A stretch of DNA of 64,000 bases from an uncultured Clostridia bacterium (GTDB lineage Bacteria > Bacillota > Clostridia > Christensenellales > UBA1242), in the NCBI GenBank assembly GCA_934772445.1, contig CAKVMJ010000002.1, positions 9,475 through 73,474 of the forward strand. Reading direction: 5' to 3'. Within the stretch, counting starts at the first letter, position 1, and each line of letters opens with the position of its first letter. This document shows positions 17,824 to 28,335 of the stretch, one piece after another. The translations under genes were made by a program, and so were the position numbers. The notes below the pieces were generated by a model that did no database searches, was not told the DNA's origin, and saw only the letters and a program-made list of their open reading frames with translations.

Positions 17824-19263
17824 TTGAAAGATGCGGAAATTATAGAAAAATTAAACCGAATAGAAAAAGAACTTTTATTACATTCTTCAAATAAGCTGGA
17901 AAATTATAATAAAGGTGAAAAGGTTCATAAAAAGCAATTAGAGTTCCATAAAAATATGCATAGAAATAGGTGGGTTTTTGGTGGAAACAGAAGTGGTAAA
18001 ACTGAATGTGGAGCGGTGGAAACAGTTTGGCTTGCTAGGGGCATACACCCATTTAAACCTAATAAAAAAGATGTTTGTGGTTGGGTGGTTTCTTTATCAA
18101 CTCAAGTTCAAAGAGATGTTGCACAAGCAAAAATCTTTAGCTACTTAAATAAGGATTGGATACAAGATATAAAGATGAGTACGGGCAGAAAGGATTCGCC
18201 AGAGTTTGGCGTGGTTGATACCATTATAATAAAGAATATTTTTGGAGGATTATCTAAAATTGGATTTAAAACTTGTGATCAAGGTAGAGAAAAATTTCAG
18301 GGAACTAGTTTGGATTTTGTTTGGTTTGATGAAGAACCACCATTAGATATTTATCTGGAATGTAGAATGAGAGTTTTGGATAAGTGTGGTGAGATATTTG
18401 GTACAATGACACCTTTAAAAGGATTAAGTTGGGTTTATAACTATATCTATTTAAATGAATTTAACGATGAAGATATTTGGTATATACAAATGGAATGGGC
18501 AGATAATCCGTATCTAAATTATGAAGAGATAGAGAAATATACAAAAGCTTTTAGCGAGAGTGAATTAAATTCAAGAAGATATGGATTGTTTGAAAACTTT
18601 GGAGGCATTGTTTATAACGAATTTGATCCAAATGTTCATATAATCGAGCCATTTGAAATTCCGAAAGAATGGCAGGATAACTTATCTATAGACCCAGGGC
18701 TTCATAATCCGCTTAGTTGTCATTGGTATGCAGTTGATTACGATGAAAATATTTATGTGGTGGCGGAACATTATGAGGCAAATAAAGATGTGGCATACCA
18801 TTCGAAAAAGATAAAAGAAATATCTAAGCGTTTGAATTGGAAAACCACAAAAAATGGCTACATACAAGCATTAATAGATAGTGCTGCAACTCAAAAAACT
18901 TTAGCAAGCGAAAAGAATGTTGTTGATTTGTTTTATGATAATGGCATTGTGGTAAACACAAAAGTTTGTAAGGATTTATATAGCGGAATTAATAGAGTGA
19001 AAAGTTATTTAAGAAATGGTGAGAGCAAGCCAAAACTTTTTATATTTAAAAATTGTGTGAATTTAATTCGGGAGATAAAAGGATATTTTTGGGGTAATGA
19101 TGATGTGCCAATAAAAAAAGATGACCACGCATTAGATGAACTTAGATATTATATAATGTCCCGACCTGCGCCTCCAGTTTTAAAACAAGAAAAAAGTGAG
19201 ATTGTGAGAAATAAAGAAATGCTTTATCGTAAATTGAAATATCGAAGAATGGGGTACTATTAA
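17824..19263 (+). CDS. phage terminase large subunit
   Basis: Walker A GGNRSGKT and Walker B LDFVWFDEEP. A C-terminal RNaseH-like nuclease with IDPGLHNP, LIDSAA and DDHALDELRY. TTG start after a GGGGGTGA RBS. Confidence 0.9.
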   Translation: MKDAEIIEKLNRIEKELLLHSSNKLENYNKGEKVHKKQLEFHKNMHRNRWVFGGNRSGKTECGAVETVWLARGIHPFKPNKKDVCGWVVSLSTQVQRDVAQAKIFSYLNKDWIQDIKMSTGRKDSPEFGVVDTIIIKNIFGGLSKIGFKTCDQGREKFQGTSLDFVWFDEEPPLDIYLECRMRVLDKCGEIFGTMTPLKGLSWVYNYIYLNEFNDEDIWYIQMEWADNPYLNYEEIEKYTKAFSESELNSRRYGLFENFGGIVYNEFDPNVHIIEPFEIPKEWQDNLSIDPGLHNPLSCHWYAVDYDENIYVVAEHYEANKDVAYHSKKIKEISKRLNWKTTKNGYIQALIDSAATQKTLASEKNVVDLFYDNGIVVNTKVCKDLYSGINRVKSYLRNGESKPKLFIFKNCVNLIREIKGYFWGNDDVPIKKDDHALDELRYYIMSRPAPPVLKQEKSEIVRNKEMLYRKLKYRRMGYY

Positions 19264-19562
19264 TGTTTAATGAAAAGCAGAATAATGAAGAATTGAAAAA
19301 AGCGTTAGTTAAAAAAGCGTTAGGATATAGTACGGAAGAAGTGGTGGAAGAATATTCTTTAGTGGATAACGATTTAGTTCTAATTAAAAAAAAGAAAAGC
19401 ATAAAGGATTATCCTCCAGACTTGCCAGCTATTAAATATTTGCTTGATGAAGAGTGTGAGGAAGATGAATATAAAAGTTATACAAAAGAAGAATTAGAAG
19501 AAGAAAAACAACGCTTACTTAGAATGTTAAGAGATAATAAAGGAGAAGAAGATGGAGATTAA
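19263..19562 (+). CDS. small acidic protein, possibly related to a terminase small subunit
   Basis: 99 aa. The string KKALGYSTEEV...KKKKSIKDYPPDLPAIKYLL resembles the K..PPD..A..F/YLL pattern of some Firmicutes phage small terminases. The ATG overlaps the TerL stop. Confidence 0.35.
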   Translation: MFNEKQNNEELKKALVKKALGYSTEEVVEEYSLVDNDLVLIKKKKSIKDYPPDLPAIKYLLDEECEEDEYKSYTKEELEEEKQRLLRMLRDNKGEEDGD

Positions 19563-19794
19563 AGAAGCAAAATTTAAAGTTAAATGCGATGTTGCTGGTT
19601 GCAGAAATTATGGAATGGTATATATAGAGAATAAAGGTTTTTTATTAGATAAAAGCATCTATTTATGTGAGGATTGCGTTAGGCAAATTTATGAATGGTA
19701 TGCAAAAAGAATAACTCCACCAAGCATATCTAATATGCTTAATAAAAAGGGTTTAATTGATGATAAACCTAAAAAGAAAAAGAGAGGTGAATAG
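19552..19794 (+). CDS. four-Cys zinc-ribbon protein with a basic tail
   Basis: 80 aa. It has C-x4-C, then about 27 residues, then C-x2-C (KCDVAGC...LCEDC) and ends in KPKKKKRGE. Confidence 0.5.
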   Translation: MEIKEAKFKVKCDVAGCRNYGMVYIENKGFLLDKSIYLCEDCVRQIYEWYAKRITPPSISNMLNKKGLIDDKPKKKKRGE

Positions 19795-19796
19795 AA

Positions 19797-21725
19797 TTGA
19801 AAAGAAGAGTAAAAGATGTGGAAAAAATGCGAGAAGAAAATAAAAGTATTTTTGAAGAGCAACAACTGGTAAACGAAATTTTGGAAGATTTAAAAAATAG
19901 GCAAATTGCTCGCAGACAATTAGAAACTAATTGGCAATTAAACATCAATTTCTTTATTGGTAATCAATATTGCGGAATAAACACCAATGGAGATATTGTT
20001 GATGGCTATAAACAATATTTTTGGGAAGAAAGAGAAGTTTTTAATCATATTGCACCTTTAGTAGAGCTTAGGCTTAGTAAACTTGCTAATGTTAGACCAT
20101 CTTTAACCGTTTTGCCGTTTTCTGATGAAATGGAAGATATAGCGAGTGCGAAAGTAAGCAAAAAGATTTTAAAGTCTGTTTGCCACGAGATAGGTTTTTC
20201 AAAACTTTTGCAAGAAGCCACAAGGTGGAGCGAAATTTGCGGTACTGTTTTTTATAAAATTGGTTGGAATGATAAAAAAGGCAGATTTATAGCAAAAAAC
20301 GAAACTGGTAATAAGATTTATGAAGGCGATGTGGAAGTAAGCGTGGTAAGTCCGTTTGAAATTTATCCAGATTCAAATACCTATTCTTCCATTGAAGAAT
20401 GTGAGAGTATTATATATGCCCGTTCATTTTCAAGTAAAGAAGTTAAAAATAAATGGGGAGTTGAAGTTGAGGGTAAAACGATAAATGTTTTCTCATTAGA
20501 TAATATAACTTCTGTTGGCGGACTTGGATATAATGCTACAAGTTCAGCTCTAGCAAAAACCACAAAACTTGATCAAGTTATAGTTTTGGAAAAATACGAA
20601 AGTCCATCTATAGAATATCCGAATGGCAGACTTATTATAATAGCTGGAGATAAACTTGTTTATATGGGCGAACTACCATATATAAATAAAGAAAATGGTG
20701 AGAGAGGTTTTCCGTTTGTTAGGCAATGTGCAATACCAATTCCTAATTCATTTTTTGGGATTAGCACAATTGATAGATGTATTCCAATTCAAAGGGCATA
20801 TAACGCAATAAAGAATAGAAAACACGAATTTTTAAATAGACTAACAATGGGAATTTTAGCAGTGGAAGATGGTTCTGTAGATACGGAAGATTTAGAAGAG
20901 GAGGGCTTATCTCCGGGTAAAGTTTTAATATATAGGCAAGGTGCGAATGCACCAAAACTTTTATCCACTGGCTCTGTTCCGCTAGATTTTCAATATGAAG
21001 AAAATCAGCTTTTAAGCGAGTTTTTAAATGTGAGTGGTGTAAATGATTTATTAAATGCAAAAACGATTAGTACAAATATATCTGGTGTGGCGTTACAATT
21101 ATTGATTGAGCAAGACGAGGTAAGGCTGTTATCTAGTGCGGAAGAAATACGAAACGCAGCAAAAGAAACGGCAAAACAAATGCTAAGACTATTTAAACAA
21201 TTCGCACTTTTACCACACACTTCAAGAATTGTTGGTGAAGATGGCGGAATTGAAATGTTTTATTGGCAAAATTCGGATATACAAGCTGATGATATTGTAT
21301 TCGAAACAGAAAACGAGATAAATGAAACAGTTGCACAAAAACGCAGTATGATATTGGATATTTTAAAAACAGGCTTGCTTCACGATGAAGATGGTAAATT
21401 ATCTAATTCGGTTAGAACTAAGTTGCTTGAGCAATTGGGTATGGGACTTAGTGTTTTAGATAACGAACAAGATTTAAAATCGCTTCAAACAAAACAAGCC
21501 ACAAAAGAAAATTTAAGACTTATTGATGAAGATATTATAGAGCTTCCAAAAGAAATTGATGAACACGATATTCATATTTCAAGTCATATTGGCTTTATGC
21601 TTTCAAAAGAGTTTGATAAAGCTTCTAAGAAAAATCCAAAATTAGAAAAGAAACTACTCGAACATATCAAAGACCATAAAAGATACTTAAATTTAACAAA
21701 AAAAGCAGAAGAAATGCAAAATTAA
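19797..21725 (+). CDS. phage portal protein
   Basis: 642 aa, directly after the terminase genes and before the scaffold and capsid genes. TTG start after a GAGGTGA RBS. The call rests on size and position. Confidence 0.7.
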   Translation: MKRRVKDVEKMREENKSIFEEQQLVNEILEDLKNRQIARRQLETNWQLNINFFIGNQYCGINTNGDIVDGYKQYFWEEREVFNHIAPLVELRLSKLANVRPSLTVLPFSDEMEDIASAKVSKKILKSVCHEIGFSKLLQEATRWSEICGTVFYKIGWNDKKGRFIAKNETGNKIYEGDVEVSVVSPFEIYPDSNTYSSIEECESIIYARSFSSKEVKNKWGVEVEGKTINVFSLDNITSVGGLGYNATSSALAKTTKLDQVIVLEKYESPSIEYPNGRLIIIAGDKLVYMGELPYINKENGERGFPFVRQCAIPIPNSFFGISTIDRCIPIQRAYNAIKNRKHEFLNRLTMGILAVEDGSVDTEDLEEEGLSPGKVLIYRQGANAPKLLSTGSVPLDFQYEENQLLSEFLNVSGVNDLLNAKTISTNISGVALQLLIEQDEVRLLSSAEEIRNAAKETAKQMLRLFKQFALLPHTSRIVGEDGGIEMFYWQNSDIQADDIVFETENEINETVAQKRSMILDILKTGLLHDEDGKLSNSVRTKLLEQLGMGLSVLDNEQDLKSLQTKQATKENLRLIDEDIIELPKEIDEHDIHISSHIGFMLSKEFDKASKKNPKLEKKLLEHIKDHKRYLNLTKKAEEMQN

Positions 21726-21736
21726 AGGAGAAATAA

Positions 21737-22378
21737 ATGGATAAATTGAATAATATTGGAGAACAACCTATAAATCAAGATGTGAGCAATGTTGCGGAGG
21801 CAAGTAAGGAGATTAGTGCGGACACACAAGATTTTGATGGCTCTCCAATTGGGAAATTTAAAGATGTCAAAAGTTTGTTTAGTGCCTATGCTGAACTTGA
21901 AAAGGAGTTTACAAAAAAGTGTCAGCGAGTAAGCGAACTGGAAAAGCAGAAAACCGATAATGCAGAAGCAAATGCACCGGTATTTATGCAAAATAATTGG
22001 CAAAATGAGATTGAAAGTTTTTTAAAATCTCATAACGAGGCACAAATATTTGCAAAAGACATCGCAAAAGAGTTGATGGAAAATAAAGATTTAGCAAATA
22101 ATCCAAATGCTTTAGATTTGGCTTACGCTAAAGTGCTTTCCAAAAATTATAAATCTGCAGATGAACTTTTGGGCGATGAAACTTTTGTAAATGAAAAAAT
22201 ATTAAATAATGAAAAAATTAAGAGCCAAATTATAAACGATTATTTAAAAGGTGTTGTACAAAATTCAACCCCACCATTAATTTTAGATAATAAAGGCTCT
22301 AGTTTGGGCTTTGCATTAGAGCAAACTCCAAAAAACTTAGAAGAGGCAAAAAGAATGGTGGAAAAGATGTTTAAGTAA
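21737..22378 (+). CDS. phage scaffolding protein
   Basis: 213 aa, acidic and helical. The string FKDVKSLFSAYAELEKEFTKK is typical of capsid scaffolds. It lies between the portal and capsid genes. Confidence 0.55.
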   Translation: MDKLNNIGEQPINQDVSNVAEASKEISADTQDFDGSPIGKFKDVKSLFSAYAELEKEFTKKCQRVSELEKQKTDNAEANAPVFMQNNWQNEIESFLKSHNEAQIFAKDIAKELMENKDLANNPNALDLAYAKVLSKNYKSADELLGDETFVNEKILNNEKIKSQIINDYLKGVVQNSTPPLILDNKGSSLGFALEQTPKNLEEAKRMVEKMFK

Positions 22379-22398
22379 TTTGGCAAAAGGAGAAAATT

Positions 22399-23709
22399 TT
22401 GATTACTTTAACAACCGCTGAAAAAGCATTAAAAACTGTTTATTTAGGTGCAGTTGCAAATCATTTAAACCTAAAAGCAAACCCATTTTTAGCAAAAATG
22501 AATCAATCCACTTGTAATATCATTGGAAACGAAATTGTTAAAGTTGCTCCTTATGGAGTTAATGGTGGATTTGGTGCATTGCTAGAAGATAGTGCACTTC
22601 CAGAAGCAGTAAGTACTAGTTTTGAAAAGTTTAGAGAAACTTTAAAAAATTTATATGGTAAGATTGAGATTTCAGATAAAGCAGTAAGAGCAAGTCAAAG
22701 TAGTTCGGGTGCGTTTGTAAACTTGCTTAATAGCGAAATGGAATCATTAATCAAAACTTGTTCCTTCCATTTAGCAAGAATGTTGTTTGGTGATGGAACT
22801 GGTAACCTTGGAAATGTTGCAGAACATTATCCTCAAATTGATGCTTATGCCACTTATGATGATGTAAGAAATTTTGTTGAAGGTATGATTGTAGATTTTG
22901 AAGATACAACTAATGCTTCAAAAACCTATGCTCAAAATGTGGTTACATCTGTTGATAGAAGTTTGAATAGAGTTTATTTCAAAAATTCTTTCACCACTGC
23001 ATTAAATACAAATTGTATTACATATCTTCCAAATTCAAAAAATAATGAATTAACAGGTCTTGGTAAGATATTTAAAAAAGATTCATCATTATATGGCGTG
23101 GATAGAAGTCAAAATAAATGGCTAAACCCAAAAACTGTTACTAATGCTGGACAAATTACAGATATTATAATCCAAAAAATGATTGATGATTTAGAAGATT
23201 ACTATGATAGCGATATAGACTATATCACTTGCTCTAGTGATGTTAAAAGATATTATCAAGAATACTTGCAATCATTCAGAAGAAACATTGATTATATGGA
23301 ATTAAATGGCGGATATAAAGCAATGTCTTATGGTGGTATTCCAATTGTTTCAGATAGATTTGCACCAAAAGGTAGTATGTATATCTTAAATTCAAAAGAT
23401 TTCAATCTATATCAATTATGTGATTGGACTTGGCTTGAAGGTGATGATGGTAGAATTTTAAAACAAAATCCGGGTTACGCAACTTATAGCGCAACATTAG
23501 TTAAGTATGCCGAAATGATGTGTGATAGACCTGCAGCACAAGGATTGATTACTGGTATTACATCTGGTAGTACAGATTATGCAAAACAAATTGCAACTAA
23601 TACTAGCACAATCGCCACTAAAACTGGCAATATTGCCACATCTACTGGTAAATTAGCTCAAGATTATGCCACTGTTAATGCCACTGCTTTAACAACTAAT
23701 GGTGAATAA
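22399..23709 (+). CDS. phage major capsid protein
   Basis: 436 aa, following the scaffold gene. The N-terminal pattern (LKTVYLGAVANHLNLKANPFLAKM...ISDKAVRAS) is capsid-like. The C-terminus carries an IAT-repeat tail. Confidence 0.65.
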   Translation: MITLTTAEKALKTVYLGAVANHLNLKANPFLAKMNQSTCNIIGNEIVKVAPYGVNGGFGALLEDSALPEAVSTSFEKFRETLKNLYGKIEISDKAVRASQSSSGAFVNLLNSEMESLIKTCSFHLARMLFGDGTGNLGNVAEHYPQIDAYATYDDVRNFVEGMIVDFEDTTNASKTYAQNVVTSVDRSLNRVYFKNSFTTALNTNCITYLPNSKNNELTGLGKIFKKDSSLYGVDRSQNKWLNPKTVTNAGQITDIIIQKMIDDLEDYYDSDIDYITCSSDVKRYYQEYLQSFRRNIDYMELNGGYKAMSYGGIPIVSDRFAPKGSMYILNSKDFNLYQLCDWTWLEGDDGRILKQNPGYATYSATLVKYAEMMCDRPAAQGLITGITSGSTDYAKQIATNTSTIATKTGNIATSTGKLAQDYATVNATALTTNGE

Positions 23710-23739
23710 TATAAAAAGTTTAAATTCAGGGGGAGAGTT

Positions 23740-24120
23740 ATGAGGTTAATAAAAATAGATAATGATGTTTTTGATATTTCTAAAAGAATTAAAGAAATAG
23801 ATAAAGATTATTATATTGTTTATAATTTAAAAACAAATAAATTTGAAGTTCATAATTCTTCCCAGAATTTGAACTCCTATGCATTAACTTGTCCGTATGA
23901 AAAGTTAGATAAACGGCTTTTGGATTACACTATGAAAACTAGGATTTGTAATTCAGATAAATTATTAGATGAAATTGATAACCATAATAGAAAAATAGAA
24001 AAAGAAATTGAAGAGAAAAGAAAAGATGAGAGTGGTATTATTTTTAAAGAAATTTATAAGTATGCAAACTTAAGCAAAAACTTTGATGAGAATAAAGCCT
24101 ATAAAAATAAATGGTTGTAA
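23740..24120 (+). CDS. hypothetical phage-module protein
   Basis: 126-aa intact ORF with an RBS (GGGGGAG), in the structural operon. Confidence 0.5.
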   Translation: MRLIKIDNDVFDISKRIKEIDKDYYIVYNLKTNKFEVHNSSQNLNSYALTCPYEKLDKRLLDYTMKTRICNSDKLLDEIDNHNRKIEKEIEEKRKDESGIIFKEIYKYANLSKNFDENKAYKNKWL

Positions 24121-24129
24121 GGAGAAGTT

Positions 24130-24699
24130 ATGGAAGTTAAAAAAATTTTAAAAAATGTTGCTATATATTTGCAGTTAACAGATGTTTACGATTTTTTAGT
24201 TAATAACAAATCAGCCACACTTGATTTGATGACAGAGGTGGATTTGCTGGTTTCTTGCGTAAACTTTGTTAACAATTTGATTGCAACAGATTATATAAAA
24301 CTTGTTAAAACGAAAGAACTAACAGTTAGTTCTAATTATGAAATTAAATTTGAAAATATTTCAACAGAAGAAATGCTAGGAGTTTTATCTATAAAAACTA
24401 TGAGTGGAGATAAAATTCCTTTTGTTTTAACTAACACTGGAGTGGTTGTAAATTATAGTGGAAAGGTTAAAATTAAATATGCTTATTTTCCTAATGAAGT
24501 GGAGTTAACGGGAAGTGTTAATGATTATAAAACAAAAATTAATGAAAGAATTTTTGCTTACGGTGTTGCTTCAGAATACTTATTTATTAAAGGAAATATT
24601 GATGATGCATCTATGTGGGATACTAGATTTAAGCGAGCTTTATTAAATCTAACAAGACCAATAAGCTCTATAAAAATGCCACTTGAAAAAATGATTTGA
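24130..24699 (+). CDS. hypothetical phage-module protein (head-completion or adaptor-sized)
   Basis: 189 aa with an RBS (AAGGAGAAG). Its position after the capsid gene matches head-closure proteins. Confidence 0.5.
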   Translation: MEVKKILKNVAIYLQLTDVYDFLVNNKSATLDLMTEVDLLVSCVNFVNNLIATDYIKLVKTKELTVSSNYEIKFENISTEEMLGVLSIKTMSGDKIPFVLTNTGVVVNYSGKVKIKYAYFPNEVELTGSVNDYKTKINERIFAYGVASEYLFIKGNIDDASMWDTRFKRALLNLTRPISSIKMPLEKMI

Positions 24700-24710
24700 G
24701 GGGGGGTGTT

Positions 24711-26213
24711 ATGTTTTATAATAATAACTTAGGATTAAAAAATATTACATATAAAAAATATAATTTAACATCTTTTGCAAATGGTATAAACCCAAATATT
24801 GATGAACAATTATTGCCTCTCACAACTGCTGTTACCACATATAATTTAAACTTTAATAATGGTGCATTAAAAACTGGTATGGGTGTTAAACCATTAAGTA
24901 TATCTTATAGTTTTGAAAATAAAAATTTAAAGAAAACTTTGAATAAAATTTCGGGTGTAGATTTCCTTGGAATGTGGGAATATAGTAGGTGGAATTCTGC
25001 AATGAATAGGTTTGAAAAATATCTTTTGGCGTATGGTAATGATGGGTATATGTATCAAGCATATTTATATTTTGATTATACAAATTTTATAAAATTAACT
25101 GCACTTCATTTTGATTCAATGCCTAATGTTGTGAGCTATTATTTGAATGGATTAGATGTTGCTTTAATATCAACCAACACAAATGGAATGTGGGTTTGGT
25201 CACCTGAGAAAACTCCATATAAAGTGAGTAACGCACCTAAAATTACGAGTATGTGCTTGCATTATGAAAGATTATTTGCAACCATTTCTGGAGATAATAG
25301 AACGATATGGTTTAGTGATGATTTAGATCCAACAAATTGGAATGTATCTCTCTCAGAGGGTGGTTTTATTTCTTTATATGATGAACGAGGCGGTGCAAAT
25401 AAAATAGTAAGTTTTAAAGACCATTTATATGTTTTTAGAGAGTTTGGAATATCAAGAATAACAGCTTATGCTAATCAAGAGAATTTTTGCGTAGCACATC
25501 TTTTTACCAGCAGTGAAAGAGTTTATGACAAAACTATAGTAATTTGTGGCAATAATATATTATTTCTTGCCAACGATGGGATATATTCATTTGATGGAAG
25601 TAGTACCATAAAATTGAATTTAAAACTAGAAAAATTATTAAAAAATATAAATAATGAAAATGCAGTTGGTGCATATTTTAATGGTAAGTATTATCTTGCA
25701 TTAAAATTAAATTATGGTGATGATAGAATTATTAATTGTGAATCTGAAGATGATTATGTTAATAACGCAATGATAGAATTAGATTTAAAAACAGGTAATG
25801 TTAATTTTATGAGGGGGATAGATATTAGAAATTTAAGCCCTGTGGTAACAGAACTTGATAGTGCTTTAATTTGTCTTATAAAATTAGCTGATGAAATTTC
25901 TATAACTCAATATTGTGATGATTGCGGTAAGTATATTGCTAATAACACAAATAAAGGTTGGGTATCTCCTAAAACAAGTTTTGGTTATCCTTTAAAACAA
26001 AAACTAATCAAATCTATAACGCTTGTAACTAAATATGATGTTGATATAATTTTAAATCTTGATGGCAGAAAAACCACATTCAAATTAAAGGGAAAAGAAC
26101 TTCCTCAAACTATCTATCCAAACTTAAAAGGTTACTTATTTGGTATTGAGTTTTTCACGACAACTGCTGAAGCTTATATAACCAATTCAAGCATTGTGGT
26201 GGGGATATTATGA
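24711..26213 (+). CDS. hypothetical phage structural protein (about 500 aa, beta-repeat-like)
   Basis: I prefer the ATG at 24711, after a GAGGGGGG RBS. Recurrent strand-like motifs (WFSDDLDPTNW, DHLYVFREFGISRI, ILFLANDGIYSFDG). Size and position are analogous to P22 gp10. Confidence 0.5.
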   Translation: MFYNNNLGLKNITYKKYNLTSFANGINPNIDEQLLPLTTAVTTYNLNFNNGALKTGMGVKPLSISYSFENKNLKKTLNKISGVDFLGMWEYSRWNSAMNRFEKYLLAYGNDGYMYQAYLYFDYTNFIKLTALHFDSMPNVVSYYLNGLDVALISTNTNGMWVWSPEKTPYKVSNAPKITSMCLHYERLFATISGDNRTIWFSDDLDPTNWNVSLSEGGFISLYDERGGANKIVSFKDHLYVFREFGISRITAYANQENFCVAHLFTSSERVYDKTIVICGNNILFLANDGIYSFDGSSTIKLNLKLEKLLKNINNENAVGAYFNGKYYLALKLNYGDDRIINCESEDDYVNNAMIELDLKTGNVNFMRGIDIRNLSPVVTELDSALICLIKLADEISITQYCDDCGKYIANNTNKGWVSPKTSFGYPLKQKLIKSITLVTKYDVDIILNLDGRKTTFKLKGKELPQTIYPNLKGYLFGIEFFTTTAEAYITNSSIVVGIL

Positions 26214-27379
26214 TAAATGAAGAAATGTTTGTTTTGCAATCTCAGATAAACGAACTAAAGAAAAATTACGAAGAAGTTTCTTCATATAATAAGAGCATTG
26301 AGAAATTTAATTTTATATTAAAGCCGTTAGAAACTCAGTCTGTAAAATCTTTAAATTTTAAATGCTTTGAAAAGTATATAGTTTTAAAATTTAGAGGAAA
26401 GCAGAATTGTGAAAATTCTTTTTATATAAATTTTAATTCTGTAACAATTTTTAAAACAAGCGAAAAAGTTTTTGCAAAAGAATTTATCTTAGAAGTAAAT
26501 AAGGTAAATTCAATTGAAATTTTTTATAAAGGTAATTCTGATGAAACTATAAAAACTTTTATGGAAATTTATGGTTCTATAGAGTTGGAAAATTTTAAAG
26601 GAATGAACTTAAGTAAAATTAATTCAAAATATTATTTGATAAATCAAAATGAAAAAATGTTAGAGAACTTTGATTCTTTAGATATGCTTGAAATTTTTGA
26701 TGGTGGTTTCGAAAATTTAGAAGGATATATTGCTTGTTGTGAGAAATATAATATATCTGAATTTAAAGCAGATGACTTACTTTTGCTTTTAAAAGAAGAT
26801 TCTAAATATTATGTTCGGAGTTGCTTAAATTCAAATAGAAATTTGGTTTTGGAAAATGGCGAGGCTTATGGAATGTTTCCAATTTTAGATGAAACATATA
26901 AATATGGATTGTTTTGCAAAGTTGGTAATGATTATAAAATTAAATATTTTAAATTGGATAACACCACAGATAAAGAAGATGTTTTAAATTTGAATTTAAA
27001 GTTTGATATTTTTAAAGCGGGTGGATTTTGTTATATTGAGAGCGGTATATCACATTATGGATTTTGGTTTATAGATGTTAATAATGATGCGTATTTGGTT
27101 TTTTCAAAGTTAAGTGCGGTTGGAGAAACTAACGAATTTTATGAGCCAATCTATGTTGGAAAATCTAACCACATTAATATATATTTATATAATAGTAATA
27201 TAGTAAGTTTTAATAGTATAAATAATTTTGTGGTTTATAGTGAGTACTCGCTCTCAATATTATCAAGCGTTGCATCGCTTACAAAAACTCAATTAAAAAA
27301 ATATAAGAATGTGGAATATGGATTTGTTGTTGGAGAAAATAAAATGCTTTATTCAAATGGGTGCTTAACATATTTATAA
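26210..27379 (+). CDS. hypothetical phage-module protein
   Basis: 389 aa. Its start overlaps the previous stop (ATGA). It has an N-terminal coiled coil. Confidence 0.5.
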   Translation: MINEEMFVLQSQINELKKNYEEVSSYNKSIEKFNFILKPLETQSVKSLNFKCFEKYIVLKFRGKQNCENSFYINFNSVTIFKTSEKVFAKEFILEVNKVNSIEIFYKGNSDETIKTFMEIYGSIELENFKGMNLSKINSKYYLINQNEKMLENFDSLDMLEIFDGGFENLEGYIACCEKYNISEFKADDLLLLLKEDSKYYVRSCLNSNRNLVLENGEAYGMFPILDETYKYGLFCKVGNDYKIKYFKLDNTTDKEDVLNLNLKFDIFKAGGFCYIESGISHYGFWFIDVNNDAYLVFSKLSAVGETNEFYEPIYVGKSNHINIYLYNSNIVSFNSINNFVVYSEYSLSILSSVASLTKTQLKKYKNVEYGFVVGENKMLYSNGCLTYL

Positions 27380-27390
27380 GAGGAGAAACA

Positions 27391-28320
27391 ATGAATAAAT
27401 ATATAGATAAGGAAACTTCAAAGAAAGTTGATGCAATCACAAATGATGCTTTTGCAAACGATCTTGTTGAAAAGATTAAAGATTTTAATTCAAAGTTTGA
27501 TACAAGTGTTGGAAATGTTCCTAAAAACGAGCTTGATTTAGATAGGCTTGAAGATATTGTTATAGATGATAATAAAATTGCAAAACAAGTTGAGGAAGAA
27601 TTATTTGATTATAAGAAATCTGGAATAGATAAAATCAATAATCAAACTAAATTAAAAGAAGAAGAGTTAAACTTAAATAAAGAGAGTTTAAAAAATTCAT
27701 ATAATAGTTCAAAAGAAAAAATAGAAGAGAATTATGCAAATGCAAGGCAAAGAACGAGTGATGAGGCATTGAAAAGGGGTATTAGTAGAAGTAGTATTGT
27801 TATAAACCAGCTAGATGCTTTTAATAGAGAGGAATTGGATTTATATAATAAGTTAGATGAAGAACTAACATCAAAGATAAATCAAGTAGATTTCGAATTA
27901 AATGCTTTGCAAACTCAGCAAGATTTAGCACTTAGCGAGTTTGATATTGCTTATGCAGTTAAATTAAATTCAAAGATAAATTCTTTAAAACAAGGATTAA
28001 TAGATAAACAAAACGAGGTTTTGAAATATAATAATCAAATTGCAGAAAAGGAAGCCCAATATAAATTGAAATACGAACAATTAGAACAAGATTTAAGAAA
28101 CGAGGCTTGGGATAAAGAAAAGGATTTAATAAATCTTGCAAGTAAGTATGGAGTAAAAGCAGTTGAAAAATATAAACAAACTAAAATATATAATATGGTA
28201 GATGAATATTTGGCATCACTTTCAAAAGAAGAAGCGAAAAAGATTTTAGAAAATAATGAAGAGGTTAGAAACTATTTAACTTCCACAAACTTAAATGCTC
28301 TGTTAAATAAATATAAGTAA
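27391..28320 (+). CDS. coiled-coil phage-module protein
   Basis: 309 aa from the ATG at 27391, after an AGAGGAGAAA RBS. Long heptad-like K/E/L/N-rich stretches. Confidence 0.5.
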   Translation: MNKYIDKETSKKVDAITNDAFANDLVEKIKDFNSKFDTSVGNVPKNELDLDRLEDIVIDDNKIAKQVEEELFDYKKSGIDKINNQTKLKEEELNLNKESLKNSYNSSKEKIEENYANARQRTSDEALKRGISRSSIVINQLDAFNREELDLYNKLDEELTSKINQVDFELNALQTQQDLALSEFDIAYAVKLNSKINSLKQGLIDKQNEVLKYNNQIAEKEAQYKLKYEQLEQDLRNEAWDKEKDLINLASKYGVKAVEKYKQTKIYNMVDEYLASLSKEEAKKILENNEEVRNYLTSTNLNALLNKYK

Positions 28321-28335
28321 ATTTAAGGGGGAAAT

